A stretch of 64,000 nucleotides of DNA from Octopus sinensis (Eukaryota). The notes beneath the pieces were generated by a model. The model was not told the DNA's origin. It saw nothing but the letters and a program-made list of their open reading frames with translations, and ran no database searches. Made by a program: the position numbers and the translations under genes. Below, one piece after another: positions 38,865 through 52,315 of the stretch. The stretch covers positions 117,056,001-117,120,000 of the forward strand of contig NC_043001.1 in assembly GCF_006345805.1 (NCBI RefSeq). Direction: 5' to 3'. Position 1 is the stretch's first letter. Every line of letters starts with the position of its first letter.

Positions 38865-39440
38865 ATATACATAAATACATATATATACATATACATAAAT
38901 ACATATATATACATATACATAAATACATATATATACATATACATAAATACACATATATATATACATATACATAAATACACATATATATATACATATACAT
39001 AAATACACATATATATATACATATACATAAATACACATATATATATATACATAAATACACATATATATATATACATAAATACACATATATATATATACAT
39101 ATACATAAATACACATATATATATATACATATACATAAATACACATATATATATACATATACATAAATACACATATATATACATATACATAAATACACAT
39201 ATATATACATATACATAAATACACATAAATACATATATATACATATACATAAATACATATATATATACATATACATAAATACATATATATACACATATAC
39301 ATAAATACATATATATACATATACATAAATACACATATATACATATACATAAATACACATATACATAAATACACATATACATAAATACACATATATATAT
39401 ATATATAGATTCAATATATACATATACATAAATACACATA
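38865..39440. repeat. Minisatellite (TA)n-CATATACATAAATACAC
   Basis: Regular ~22-28-bp unit repeated more than 20 times. Confidence 0.92.
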
Positions 39441-40425
39441 TATATATAGATACAATATATATATATATATATAAATATCCATACACACACACACATTCAT
39501 CCGTTCAGCGATACCATGTAATTTCAAACGTAATTGGTAAATAGCATTATTAACAGACCAGTGTGGGAATCGGTGGTGCGTTGTTGAGTTGCCAAGTGCA
39601 TCGCAGAAAAGAAAGTCCTGTTGTATTGGAAACATGACAACATGTAACACAGTGCAAAGTAATTATGGAAACGATGAGCGGGACTGGAAAAGGGACGGCG
39701 AGTGCTGAAGATCGAATTCAGCAAAGCACTGGAATGTGAAAAATGTGTTTAGCATCCCTACCCTCCTCTCTTTTCTCTGTTGTTGTACTTTGTATTGTAG
39801 CAAGCAGATATTTTGGAATGGAAGAGGAATACAAGTACAATGAGACTGAAAGAGATGAATTTATATTCTAATAAACTGTTACGTTTATGCATACAAGATA
39901 ATAAAGATAGAAAGATAGCACCGCAAAATAAATATACATAGATATATGCATCGGTGAGTTGATATAAACAAGAGTTGTACACAAGTCATACAAGCATGTG
40001 TCTGTGTGTGCGTAATACACACACATAGAGGCATATATGTGTCTATCCACGTGTAACATATCATTGTTAATAGATTAATATATTGCAGGTGTATATAAAA
40101 CGGTAGATCGGTTCTAGTGACAGCGATACAAATTCAGTCCAAGATCACCCACTGACAGATGTATTTGATCATAAGTTTGGAAAACACTAAATTCTGAGAG
40201 GAATTTTATCAGACAGTACAAAGTTTCATTCGGGACAGCCCCGTCCAGTGAATGATGGTCTCCAGTATATTTCGAGGTCCCAGGCACAGGTGCGATGTAT
40301 CCACCGAACGTTCCTCTCATAAGCCCAATGCATACATGCATGCATACATACATACATACGTACATACATAAGGTATATAATACACGCATATAGGCCCTTC
40401 GTCTTTTGTTTTTTTCGTAAACTCT

Positions 40426-40470
<45 letters not shown>

Positions 40471-40535
40471 GGAGTAAACACATAAATGTGAAACAAGGTG
40501 GAAAAAAAGAGTACTCAAATACCAGAGGTAGAGTA

Positions 40536-40686
40536 ATATGCTTTATTTAAAAGCAGCAGAAATATAACAAAAGCTGTCCGTTCGTCGGACAGTATTGTTA
40601 AAAATACAAAACTGTCAGACGAACGGGAACGTGAAACTCCGAGTAACAGCTTTTGTTATATTTCTGCTGCTTTTAAATAAAGTATA
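40536..40686. mobile_element. Snap-back (inverted) terminal repeat containing a type I hammerhead variant at 40612-40649 (+)
   Basis: ~40-bp perfect IR ctttatttaaaagcagcagaaatataacaaaagctgt. HHR: cugu-CAGACGA-acg-ggaa-cgu-GAAA-CUC-c-GAGU-A-acag. Confidence 0.72.
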
Positions 40687-41085
40687 TATATATATATATA
40701 CATACACACACACGAGCGTATATAGCCATGCATATATATATATATATAATATACATACACACACACGAGCGTATATAGCCATGCATATATATATATATAT
40801 ATATACATACACACACACGAGCGTATATAGCCATGCATATATATATATATATATAATATATATATATATATATGTGTGTGTGTATGTATGTATAAACAAA
40901 CATACGTACTAGTTAATTTTCATTTTAGTAGGTAAATGCATTTAGTTGCACAAAGATTAAGGAGAAAACGAGAAGGTACTTGTGTTATAAGGTACATCGC
41001 AAAAGAATGTCGTGTTGCATTCGATACAAGACATGTAACAGTACAATGTAATTATGAAAACGATAAGGTCGATTGTTACATATAC

Positions 41086-41116
<31 letters not shown>

Positions 41117-41256
41117 GAGAGAGAGAGAGAGAGGTAGATTTACATACACATGCAGACACTTGTGTACGTGTGTATGCATGTATGTATGTATGTATGTGTG
41201 TAGGATCGTATGTATGCATGATGGGTATAAACAAATAGATATATGTATTTAATTAC

Positions 41257-41312
41257 CTGATCCTTTGGGCTTTCTGTGCAGGCACGATCACGGCGCTGGT
41301 AAGCTGGTACAT
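41257..41312 (-). CDS. TRMT12: TRMT12/TYW2 coding exon 1 (MYQLTSAVIVPAQKAQRI-R)
   Basis: ATG at 41312; canonical AG|gtaatt donor; 56 nt = phase 2, matching the exon 2 acceptor. The joined peptide AVIVPAQKAQRIRQFL aligns with recalled TRMT12 AVVTEPWFTQRYREYL. Lies in a CpG-retaining region. Confidence 0.8.
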
Positions 41313-41860
41313 GTTGTAGAAAGAGACAGAAGAAGGCAGAGCAAAACTGACTGAATGGGTCCCAAGTAGCAGAAAAAAAAAAAAAAAAAAAAGTAATGTA
41401 GGAACTAGGGTGTAACTTTAAAAGCCCCACCAACTAGTAGCAGGTTACCGACTGTCGGGCCTTCTTCGTTAAACATGCTCGATTCATCGACGAAGCTACT
41501 TCTATCTAAACCTTTTTCTCCGTCTTTCTCTCTCTCTCTCTCTCTTTCAACAGTCTTTAATATATGCAGTCTTCTCCTGCTCCTCCCCCATTCATTAAGC
41601 TATTCACTCTACTGTTACCACCACTCTCTACCTACTACTACTACTTATGCAATTAACGAGCAGAAGCACGCTTAGGTTCACGAAAATAAATATCCGTCAG
41701 TGGAAAAACCAGAGAGCATCTGCTCAGCTACAGATGACGATTGTTTCACTAAAACCTTCGACAAAGATCTGTTGCACATTTTTACATGAAATTTCGATTG
41801 CATCTCTGCACCCAAAACATGATCACGTGACAAGTCACATGATTTGTGTCACATGATTTA
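41313..41860 (-). promoter_or_regulatory. Putative TRMT12 5' UTR/promoter, with three E-box motifs at 41823-41856
   Basis: Unique CpG-retaining sequence upstream of exon 1; TCACGTGAC plus GTCACATGA x2 within 35 bp. Confidence 0.5.
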
Positions 41861-42078
41861 ATCTTAATCTTTCACTTTCTCTGAACAATACTAACTGGCA
41901 GAATCATGCTTACTATATTTTTTTTTTATTATACCAAGTTTTTTTTTTCCTTTTATTATATATATATTTTTTTGCCTGATTTGTTTGCTTTTTCTCTCTT
42001 TTTATTTTAGTTTTTACCTAATAACATAAAGAGATTTTTACTCTGCTACTGATCTGCTAATGTTCATCATCATCATCA

Positions 42079-42632
42079 GTATGTATGTATGTATGTATGT
42101 ATGTATGTATGTATGTATGTATGTATGTATGTATGTATGTATGTATGTATGTATGTATGTATGTATGTATGTATGTATGTATGTATGTATGTATGTATGT
42201 ATGTATGTATGTATGTATGTATGTATGTATGTATGTGTGTATGTGTGTATGTATGTATGTATGTATGTATGTATGTATGTATGTATGTATTATGTATGTA
42301 TGTATGTATGTATGTATGTATGTGTGTATGTATGTATGTGTGTATTATGTATGTATGTATGTATGTACGTATGTATGTATGTGTGTATGTATGTATGTAT
42401 GTATGTATGTATGTATGTATGTATGTATGTATGTATGTATGTATGTGTGTATGTATGTATGTGTGTATGTATGTATGTATGTATGTATGTATGTATTATG
42501 TATGTATGTATGTATGTGTGTATGTATGTATGTATGTATGTATGTATGTATGTATGTATGTATGTATGTGTGTATGTGTGTATGTATGTATGTATGTACG
42601 TGTGTGTGTATATTATGTATGTATGTATGTAT
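42079..42632 (+). repeat. (TATG)n array, ~550 bp
   Basis: Directly visible. Confidence 0.97.
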
Positions 42633-44145
42633 GTCATTGTTCAATTTTATTTCAAGATTTCTTGCCAATAGAGAAAGAGCCGGATTCTAGCAAAGATTCA
42701 AGGCTCTTTCATTGGAATAACATCAGCAGGGTATTTTTGTTTCTATATATGTATGTTTGTATGTACATATGAATGCATGCATGCAAGCATCTATACATAC
42801 TTACGTACATACATACATACATACACACACATACATACATACATACATACATATATACATACATACATACATACATACATACATACTCAATACATACATA
42901 CATACATACATACATAATACATACATACATACATACTCAATACATACATACATACGTGCATACATACATACATGCACATATACATACATATATACATGAA
43001 TATGCACATTTATACATCATCATTTTAACATTCATTTTTCCATGCTTCCACAGGCCAGATGGAGTTTATTGAGGCAAATTTTCTACAGTTGAATGCCATT
43101 TTTGTTGTCAGTCCTCACCTGTTTCCAAACAAGGTAATATAATCCCATGGTCAGACATGTTTTTGCAGAATATTGTAGGTGAATGGCACTGCTTGTATGA
43201 CAGCGATAATCATTTACAACTATTATATGATGTCAAGACAAGGAGATACACAAATTCATCAATGTGACTGTTGTGGAAAGAAGTTTGATTCTCAACCACA
43301 CGATTCCAGGTTTCTTCTACTGTACCTTTGGGCCGACTGAATCATTGTGAGTGGATTTGGTAGATGGAAACTGAAAGGAGCCTGTAGTATATATCATCGT
43401 CATCATCATCATCATCGTCTGTTTTCCATGCTGGCATGGGTTGGACGGTTTGACTGAGGTCTGGAGAGCCAGCGGCTGCACCAGGCTCAAGTCTGATCTG
43501 GCAATGTTTCTATGGCTGGATGCCCTTCCTAACACCAACCACTCCAAGAGTGTAGTGGGTGCTTTTTACATGCCACTGGCACAGGAGCTAGTCAGGCAGC
43601 ACTGGCATCAGCCATGTTTGGATAGTGCTTTTTATGTGCTACCAGCACAGGAGCCAGGCGGGGCAGTGGGGCTGGCATTGACTATGTTGGCATGGTGCTT
43701 TTTATGTGCCACCGGCACGAGGAGCCAGTCAAGCAGCACTGGCAATGTCCCACACATAAATGGTGCTTATTACATACCACCAGCATGGGAGCCAGTCAGG
43801 CAGCACAGGCATCGGCCACAACTACAATTTCCATTTGATTTGATCTGATTTTGATTTTGATTTTATTTGACTCAATGGGTCTCCTCAAGCATGGCAAGTC
43901 GACAATTCAAAGGTACTTTTTAAATGGGCTGGTGTAGTCTATGGCTGTGATTTCGCTTTACTTGTTGGGTCTTCTCAATCACAGCATATACGTGTGTGTG
44001 TGTTTTGATATTTTGTTTAGGCATTGCGATACTAATAACCTGGTGTAGAACTCAATATGCGCATGCTTCTGAGTGAGACTTTAATTGAGTACAGAGTGGT
44101 AATAAGAAAAGAGATGACAGCAGAATAAACAATTATCTAATGCAC

Positions 44146-44226
44146 AGCTTACAGTTGTTTCCGCTATAATATGCAGTGCACTCAAAGTTGAGTGCCTGAG
44201 TAACACCTTACTCTTTCATCAGAGCC
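44146..44226 (-). ncRNA. Type I hammerhead-like motif with branched domain II
   Basis: ggcu-CUGAUGA-...gaguaa/uuacuc and gcacuca/ugagugc hairpins...-GAAA-CAACUGU-A-agcu. The base of stem II is not paired in this copy. Confidence 0.55.
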
Positions 44227-44340
44227 TCAGCCATGAAGTAGATATGCATTCACACATGCATAAAGCGTAATGAAGCACACGCATTTGTGCTCTAACATGA
44301 CATGCTTGCCTACTTTCATGTCAGCGTTCATCTGCATGTG

Positions 44341-44722
44341 GAAGCACTCCGTCGGTTACGATGACGAGTGTTCCGGCTGATTGGAATCAACGGAACAGCC
44401 TGCTCATGAAATTAACGTGTAAGTGGCTGAGCACTCCACAGACACGTGTACCCTTAACGTAGTCCTTGGAGAGATTCAGCGTGACACAGAGAGTGACAAG
44501 GCCGGCCCCTTGAAATACAGGTACAACAGAAACAGGAAGTAAGAGTGAGAGAAAGTTGTGGTGAAAGAGTACAGCAGGGATCACCACCATCCCCTGCCGG
44601 AGCCTCGAGGAGCTTTAGGTGTTTTCGCTCAATAAACACTCACAACGCCCGGTCTGGGAATCAAAACTGCGATCCTATGACCGCGAGTCCGTTGCCCTAA
44701 CCACTGGGCCATTGTGCCTCCA
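44341..44722 (-). mobile_element. tRNA-derived SINE family B, full length, with 12-bp TSD
   Basis: TSD CATCTGCATGTG at 44329-44340 and 44723-44734. Confidence 0.93.
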
Positions 44723-45219
44723 CATCTGCATGTGCACACATGCATACATCAATGAATTCAGATAACCACAAACCCCATGTAGCCAAAAATGCCTTGCTAC
44801 TTAGTGACCAGCTAAAATTTTGCGTGAAAAAAAAGCTTAAATAAATCTCAAAGAACCAACCATATGTATGTTTAAATGCTTATGTATGTATCATCATAAT
44901 CATCATTAAAGTCCCTTTCCGTGTTGGTATGCATTGGATAGATTGACAGGAGTTGGTGAGCCAGAAGACTATCCGTCATAGCATGATTTCTATGGCTGGA
45001 TGGCCTTCCTAATGCCAACTACATATCTATGCATGTATGTATGTGTGTATATGTCGTATGTATGTGTGTGTGTGTCTGTATATGTGATTGTGTGTGTGTG
45101 TGTACATGCACACATACATATACATCTATATGTGAAGAGAGGGACAGAAATGGATGTCTTGCAGTAAAGTAGATACAAAGCTACTCCAGTTGGAAAAAGA
45201 AAGAGGAAAGGAGAAGAGA

Positions 45220-46035
45220 CAGGGGGGAGAGAAATATAAAGAGAGAGAGAGGGAGAGAAATATAAAGAGAGAGAGAGAGGGAGAGAAAGATAAAGAGAGA
45301 GAGAGAGAGGGGAGAGAAATATAAAGAGAGAGAGAGGGAGAGAAATATAAAGAGAGAGAGGAGGAGAGAAAGATAAAGAGAGAGAGAGAGGGAGAGAAAT
45401 ATAAAGAGAGAGAGGGAGAGAAATATAAAGAGAGAGAGAGGGAGAGAAATATAAGAGAGAGAGGAGGAGAGAAATATAAAGAGAGAGAGAGGGAGAGAAA
45501 TATAAAGAGAAAGAGGAGGAGAGAAATATAAAGAGAGAGAGAGAGGGAGAGAAATATAAAGAGAGAGAGAGGGAGAGAAATATAAAGAGAGAGAGAGAGA
45601 GGGAGAGAAATATAAAGAGAGAGAGAGGGAGAGAAATCTAAAGAGAGAGAGGAGGAGAGAAATATAAAGAGAGAGAGGAGGAGAGAAATATAAAGAGAGA
45701 GAGAGAGAGAGGGAGAGAAAGAGAAAGAGAGAGAAGGGGGAGAAAAATATAAGAGAGAGAGAGAGGGGGAGAGAAATATAAAGAGAGAGAGGGAGAGAAA
45801 GAGAAGAGAGAGAAGGGGAGAAAAATATAAAGAGAGAGAGAGAGGGGGAGAGAAATATAAAGAGAGAGAGGGAGAGAAAGAGAAAGAGAGAGAGGGGGAG
45901 AGAAATAGAAAGAGAGAGAGAGGGAGAGAGAAAGATAAAGAGAGAGAGGGAGGGAGAGAAAGATAAAGAGAGAGAGAGGGGGAGAAAAATATAAAGAGAG
46001 AGAGAGGGGGAGAGAAATATAAAGAGAGAGAGAGG
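45220..46035 (+). repeat. Purine-rich minisatellite (GA)n-GGGAGAGAAATATAAA
   Basis: About 30 units of ~25 bp; source of the L/S-rich pseudo-ORFs. Confidence 0.95.
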
Positions 46036-46889
46036 GAAGACAATGATGTGTGAGGGCATATCCTCAAGTTATGGAGACATGTAAGTGAAAAGTGGATAGG
46101 GTGGGTGGACAGGTAAGTTGATGAGAATGTAAAAGATGGAGGGGAAGGGAATGCAGTGGGTGAGCACAGGTGGAGGAAGAGGGGTTAGGAAGATGAGTTG
46201 TGAGGGAGCGAGGCTCGGCAGGGACAGATTGTATGCAGGTAAATTTGTGAGAATGTGAAGCGAGAGAGTGAAAGGTAGAGAAGGCAGGGAATAAATACAC
46301 AGGTAGAGAGAGGGGGGGATGTTAGGAACTTGAGTTTTGGGGGAGAGATTTATCAAGGACAGATGTGCAGGGCATAGACATAAAGAACACGTTTTAGAGT
46401 CTCATTTTGCTCAGGTAGACAGGCCTTCTTTAGCATTGCAAAACCCTAATCATCCTTCTATCACCTCAGTCATTTTCCACCACTTTATACCCATCTACCT
46501 GGGTTTCCTTCTTTCTCAAATTTCATCCACATTTACTGATTGGCACTTCTTTACACGGCTATCCTCATCCACTTGCATCACGTAACCATTCCAACATGGC
46601 CTTTTCTCTTGCACACTCTACATATGTACAAGTTTTCTCTCAACACACTTACAGTTTGTCATACTTGTACATGCAGACATTGCATGTTAGCGGAGCATGC
46701 TAGCTTAAAAAATAAGTCCTGAGGTCGATTGGTTCAACTAAAATCTTTCAAAGGGTGCTCCAGTATGGGTGCAGTTAAATGACTGCAACAGATAAAAGAA
46801 TAACAGAATATATTGTTGACACTTTTGTCATAGATGACAGATGAGCTTTTTGCAATTTCTTGCTGGAAAACCTGCACAGATGATTTGTT

Positions 46890-47292
46890 AAAAGGCAGTG
46901 AGCTGGCAGGATTGTTAGCACGCCGGGCGAAATGCTTAGCGGTATTTTGTCTGCCGCTACGTTCTGAGTTCAAATTCCGCTGAGGTCGACTTTGCCTTTC
47001 ATCCTTTCGGGGTCAATAATTAAAGTACCAGTTATGCACTGGGATTGATGTAATCGACTTAATCCCTTTGTCTGTCCTTGTTTGTCCCTTCTGTGTTTAG
47101 CCCCTTGTGGGCAATAATGAAATAGGTATTACACCTGTCTTTACGTTCTGAGTTCAATCTCTGCTGATGTCAACTTTGCCTTTCATCCTTTCGGGGTTGA
47201 TGAATTAAGTACCAGTTGTGTACTAGGGTTGATCTAATCGACTGGTCCCCTCCCCCAAACTTTCAGGCCTTGTGCCTTGAGTAGCAAAGGAT
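46890..47292 (+). mobile_element. SINE family C with duplicated internal unit
   Basis: Head aaggcagtgagctggcagg...; two copies of the core. Confidence 0.87.
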
Positions 47293-48249
47293 TGTGATTA
47301 AAGAGCAAGTGTTTGTATGGTACATTAGCTCACTTCTATCAAATTGATATTCCCTGTGCAGTTGCATGGTGTACCATCATCTGGGTATTAAAGCAATATG
47401 AAATGAAATATTTTGCTCAAGAACACAGGAACTGAATCCACAATCTTGCAATCATGAGTGCAACATCCTAACTGCTTGGTCATGTGCTCTCACACGTGTG
47501 CACGCACACATACATACACACACACATGTATGTGTGTGTGTGCATATATGTAAATATGTGTGTGTGTGTATGTATATATATACATATAGGTATGTGTGTG
47601 TGTGTAAAAATCATCATCATTATCATCATAATCATTTAACGCCTGCTTTCCATGCTGGCATCGGTTCGATGGTTTGACTGAGGCCTGGCAAGCCAGAGGC
47701 TGCACCAGGATCCAATCTGATCTGTTATGGTTTCTACAGCCAGATGCCCTTCGTAACGCCAACTACTTCGAGAGTATAGTGGGTGGTTTTTATGTGCCCC
47801 CAGCACGCGAGCCAGTCAGGCGGCACTGGCAATGACCACACTCGAATGGTGCCTTTTACGTGTCACCAGCAAATAATATTTCTCTGTGTGTGTGTATATC
47901 CATACATTCATACACACTAATAAATAGATGAGTATATAAAATATAAAGCTGAAAAAAGGAGAAAAAACCCAGATATTTTCGTTTATTGTTGATTTTTATA
48001 CTTTAAAGCATAAATGTAATTTTCGGTCTAAAAATATCTCATTTTATGACAAAAAAGTTATTAATTAAAATAAACACTATATTTTCCCCCATCCCTTTAT
48101 GAATTAATTTTATCTTCAATACAACTCTCTTCCTTCAATTCCACTCCCTTAGTCATCATAACTATTATTATTATTATTATTTTTGTCTATGTTAGAAATC
48201 CTTTAAGAAAACCTCCTCATCATCAACCTCCTCCTCACCATTTTCAATT

Positions 48250-48280
<31 letters not shown>

Positions 48281-49359
48281 CCATCATCTTTCCTTTCCAT
48301 TTTATTTAATTTCCATAATGACAAGGCTGCGGTAGAAACTATTTGTTGCCCTAATTTCTATGGACCCACCTTCCTTTTTTGAAACAAAAAAAGAAAATGA
48401 AGAAATTAAAATTTGAGGAAAGGAATAGGGAGAATAAGGGGAAAGAAGTGACGGAAAAAAAAAATGTTGGCGGATGTTGCATTAACCCCTTTCACACATC
48501 CCCAACCTAATATTTTCTGTGTTCATTCTGCAAAAACAATCAATAAAATGAAGTATTTATAGATTTGAATCTTTCAGCAAGAAGAAAATAAATAAATATA
48601 TATAAATAAATTAAATGAATAAATATATATATAAATAAATTAACTGAATAAATAAATAAAATCAAAATATAAACCCCTATCTATGTAATTATAGGGGAAA
48701 ATCAATATGTGTTAAGTTGATTGGTTAAGAAATACAGAACAAGGGAAAGGTATACCATTTTTTTTATGACTAGCTAAATAGAAAATGACAGGAATTTTTA
48801 ACATGCCTACTAATGTATCTATGTGTGCGTACAAATGCTTGCATGTACATGTGTAACCATACACTCATAGATATACGAATACATACTTCTACACACACAC
48901 ACAGATATATGTGAGAGTGTCTATATATAAATATATTTAAATATGTGTGTGTGTGTATGTTTTTATATATATTCTTTTATTCTTTTATTTGTGTCAGTCA
49001 TTTGAGTGTGGCCACACTGGAGCACCACCTTAAGGGGTTTTAGTCAAACAATTCAACCCCAGAATATATTATTTGTAAACCTAGTACTTATTCTATCAGT
49101 CTCTTTTGCCGAACCACTAAGTTACAGGGACATAACACACCAACATCGGTTGTCATGTGATGGTGAGGGAACAATTGTAGACACAAACACACAAATATAT
49201 ATATATATGGCAAGCTTCTTTTAGTTTCCAATTACCAAATCCACTCACAAGGCTTTGGTTGGCCTGAGGCTATAGTAGAAGACACTTGCCTCAAGGTGCC
49301 ATGCAGTGGGACCAACCCGTAACCATGTGATTAGGAATCAACCTTCTTACCACACAGTC

Positions 49360-49395
<36 letters not shown>

Positions 49396-50388
49396 ATCAT
49401 TATCATCATCATCATATAAAATGAACATTAAATGATGATGATGATATTCATTATGAGTGATAAAAAGAAGTATTAGTTCAAAATAGCAATCTATGTATCA
49501 TATTTCAAGTACACACACACACACGCACATGCATGATGGGCTTCTTTCAGTTTCTATCAACCAAATCCACTCAGAAGGCTTTAGTCAGCCTGAGGTTATA
49601 GTAGAAGACACTTGTTCAAGGTGTCAGGCAGTGGGACTGAACCCAGAACCATGTGGTTGGGAAGCGAACTCCTTACCACACAGCTACGAATAAATCAATT
49701 CACCCCATCATAACTGTAATTTCTCTCAAAACACTTCACCTAGTCATTACTCTCATTCTTTCCTATTCTCTCTTTTAGTTGTGGAGGCTCTTTTATGAAA
49801 CACTTTACAAGGCAGCCTCATTAGTGCTTGCGGCATGGAAAACAGACCTAGAACATTCCGTCAAGTGCTTAGAAAATTGAACAGAGACAGTACAGAGTTG
49901 AGAAGATACTTTAGTTTTGTTGAACACAAGAAAACTCTATAGTGTTGATGCCAAGAAAAAAAAGAAAAATCCCCCCCCCCTACCCTCTCCATCACTGCCA
50001 GTGCATTCTACAAAGTGGTCGGTGCTAGGAGGGGCATCCAATCATAGAAACTAAGCCAGAAATTGAGACATTAAAGTTACATGTGGTCTTCCAACACATG
50101 GATCCTGTTGAACCATTGAGCTTATGCCAGGATGGCAAGTGGATGTGACATGATGATGATGATTATGATAGGGATATATATATATATAAATGAACATTAA
50201 ATGAATATTAAATGATGATTATGATATTCATTTTGAGAGATAAAAAGAAGTATTAGTTAAAAATAGCAATCTATGTATCATATTTAAAGTATACACACAT
50301 CATCAACGTCATCATCATGTTACATCCACTTGCCATCCTGACATAGGCTCAATGGTTCAACAGGATCCAATGTGTTGGAAGACCACAC

Positions 50389-50454
<66 letters not shown>

Positions 50455-51699
50455 ACACATACATACATACATATATATATGTATATATGTGTGTGTGTGT
50501 GTGTATGCATATGCATGTATATAGATATATATATATGTGTGTATGTGTATGCTTAGGGAGAGATGTATAAATTCACATATATTATATTAAATAAACAAAT
50601 AATATTTATCCCTCACCAGATGGAATATTTTTTTGTAGGTCTTACCCTCATGGAACAGTACACTATATATATATAAAACATAACACACACATACATACAA
50701 AGACACACACACACACACATGTAATTGAAGCTAATTATATATGATAGTTACCAATTCACTTGCTTTACTATTTGCTTGGCAAGATCATTAATGCCATAAC
50801 TTGCAATTTCCTCTGCTCCTCAAGATGGACCATATTACCTTTGATGAATATGGTCTCAAATGGCCACATATTTGACCATATTTATCATGTATGCACATGG
50901 TATGAATACACATGTATCTGTGTGTGTGTGTGTCTTTATGTGTATATCATCATCATCATCATCATCGTTTAACGTCCGCTTTCCATGCTAGCATGGGTTG
51001 GACAGTTCAACTGGGGTCTGGATAGCCAGAAGGCTGCATCAGGCCCAGTCTGATCTGGCAGTGTTTCTACAACTGGATGCCCTTCCTAACGCCAACCACT
51101 CCGAGAGTGTAGTGGGTGATTTTATGTGCCACCGACACAGGTGCCAGACGAGGCTGGCAGACGGCCATGCTCGGATGGTGTTTTCTTATGTGCCACCGAC
51201 ACAGGTGCCAGACGAGGCTGGCGAACGGCCACACTCGGATGGTGTTTGTTACGTGCCCTCAGCACGGAGGCCAGTCGATGCGGTACTGGCTACGGTCACG
51301 CTCGGATGGTTTTCTTATGTGCCACCGGCACTGGTACCACAAGGATACAAATTCCATTGATGTTCATCTATTTTGATTTGGTTTGATTTGATTTGATTTG
51401 ATTTTCACTTGCCTCAACAGATCTTCACAAGTGTCACAAGAAGGAAGGTATGCACAGGTGGACTGACTACGTCCCAGGTAGGGGCCACGGGTTATGGCTT
51501 CACTAGTCTTGCCGGGTTCAGATATATACTGAATAGTATATATTTCTACAAACAGTAATGAAACTGGAATGTTTGATCAACACCTTACATACAAGGTCTG
51601 GTCATGCCGAACTTGTTAGGACCAGGCAGAAGACAAACCACAATGGCAACCCATAACCAATATTTTGATGAGTGATTAAAATCTTCAAAATCTTCAAAT

Positions 51700-52125
51700 C
51701 TTCAAAGCCACAGTCGAACCAATTCTACTATATGGCTCAGAAACCTGGACGTTATCAAAGAAGCTTGAGAGGCGGTTGGATGGAACCTACACTCGCCTCC
51801 TTATGAGAGCTCAAAATCTCTCGTGGAAGCGTCATCCAACCAAAATGCAAATATATGGGAAACTACCACCTGTGTCATCTCTTGTGAAAGGGAAGAGAGT
51901 CCAGTTTGCTGGACATTGTTGTAGAGCTGAAAACGAGGCAATTTCTACTCTTCTCCTTTGGAAGCCATCTACTCGCAATACCAAAGGGTGCACACTCTCC
52001 TACCCTGATGTAATCTCCAGTGATACAGGAATCCAGCAACAGGACCTCTGTAATGCCATGATGGACCGTGAAGTCTGGCGTAGCATGGTAAATTCCATTG
52101 TCTTGACCACGGTCGAACAATGATG
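51700..52125 (+). mobile_element. RTE-clade LINE 3' fragment with (GAT)n tail
   Basis: LYGSETWT..LDGTYTRLLMRAQNLSWK...FAGHC...AMMDREVWR. Confidence 0.88.
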
Positions 52126-52269
52126 ATGAAAGGTGCAAAACATGGCAATACATAGGTAGTCAATATGTGGTTATTTACCCTACTAGAAATAGCAGATAAA
52201 TCAATCTCAAACGCTGATATTCTATATATCATTGATGGGAGATTCAGCTGCTATGTCACTACTGGATTT

Positions 52270-52315
52270 CTGTCACTGAGGAGCCCAAAACAGGTAAAAT
52301 CACATGATCTGTCAG
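52270..52315 (+). ncRNA. Decayed type I hammerhead motif
   Basis: cuguca-CUGAGGA-gcc-caaaaca-ggu-AAAA-UCACAUGAU-C-ugucag; restoring two CpGs gives ggc-GAAA and the palindrome AUCACGUGAU. Confidence 0.5.
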
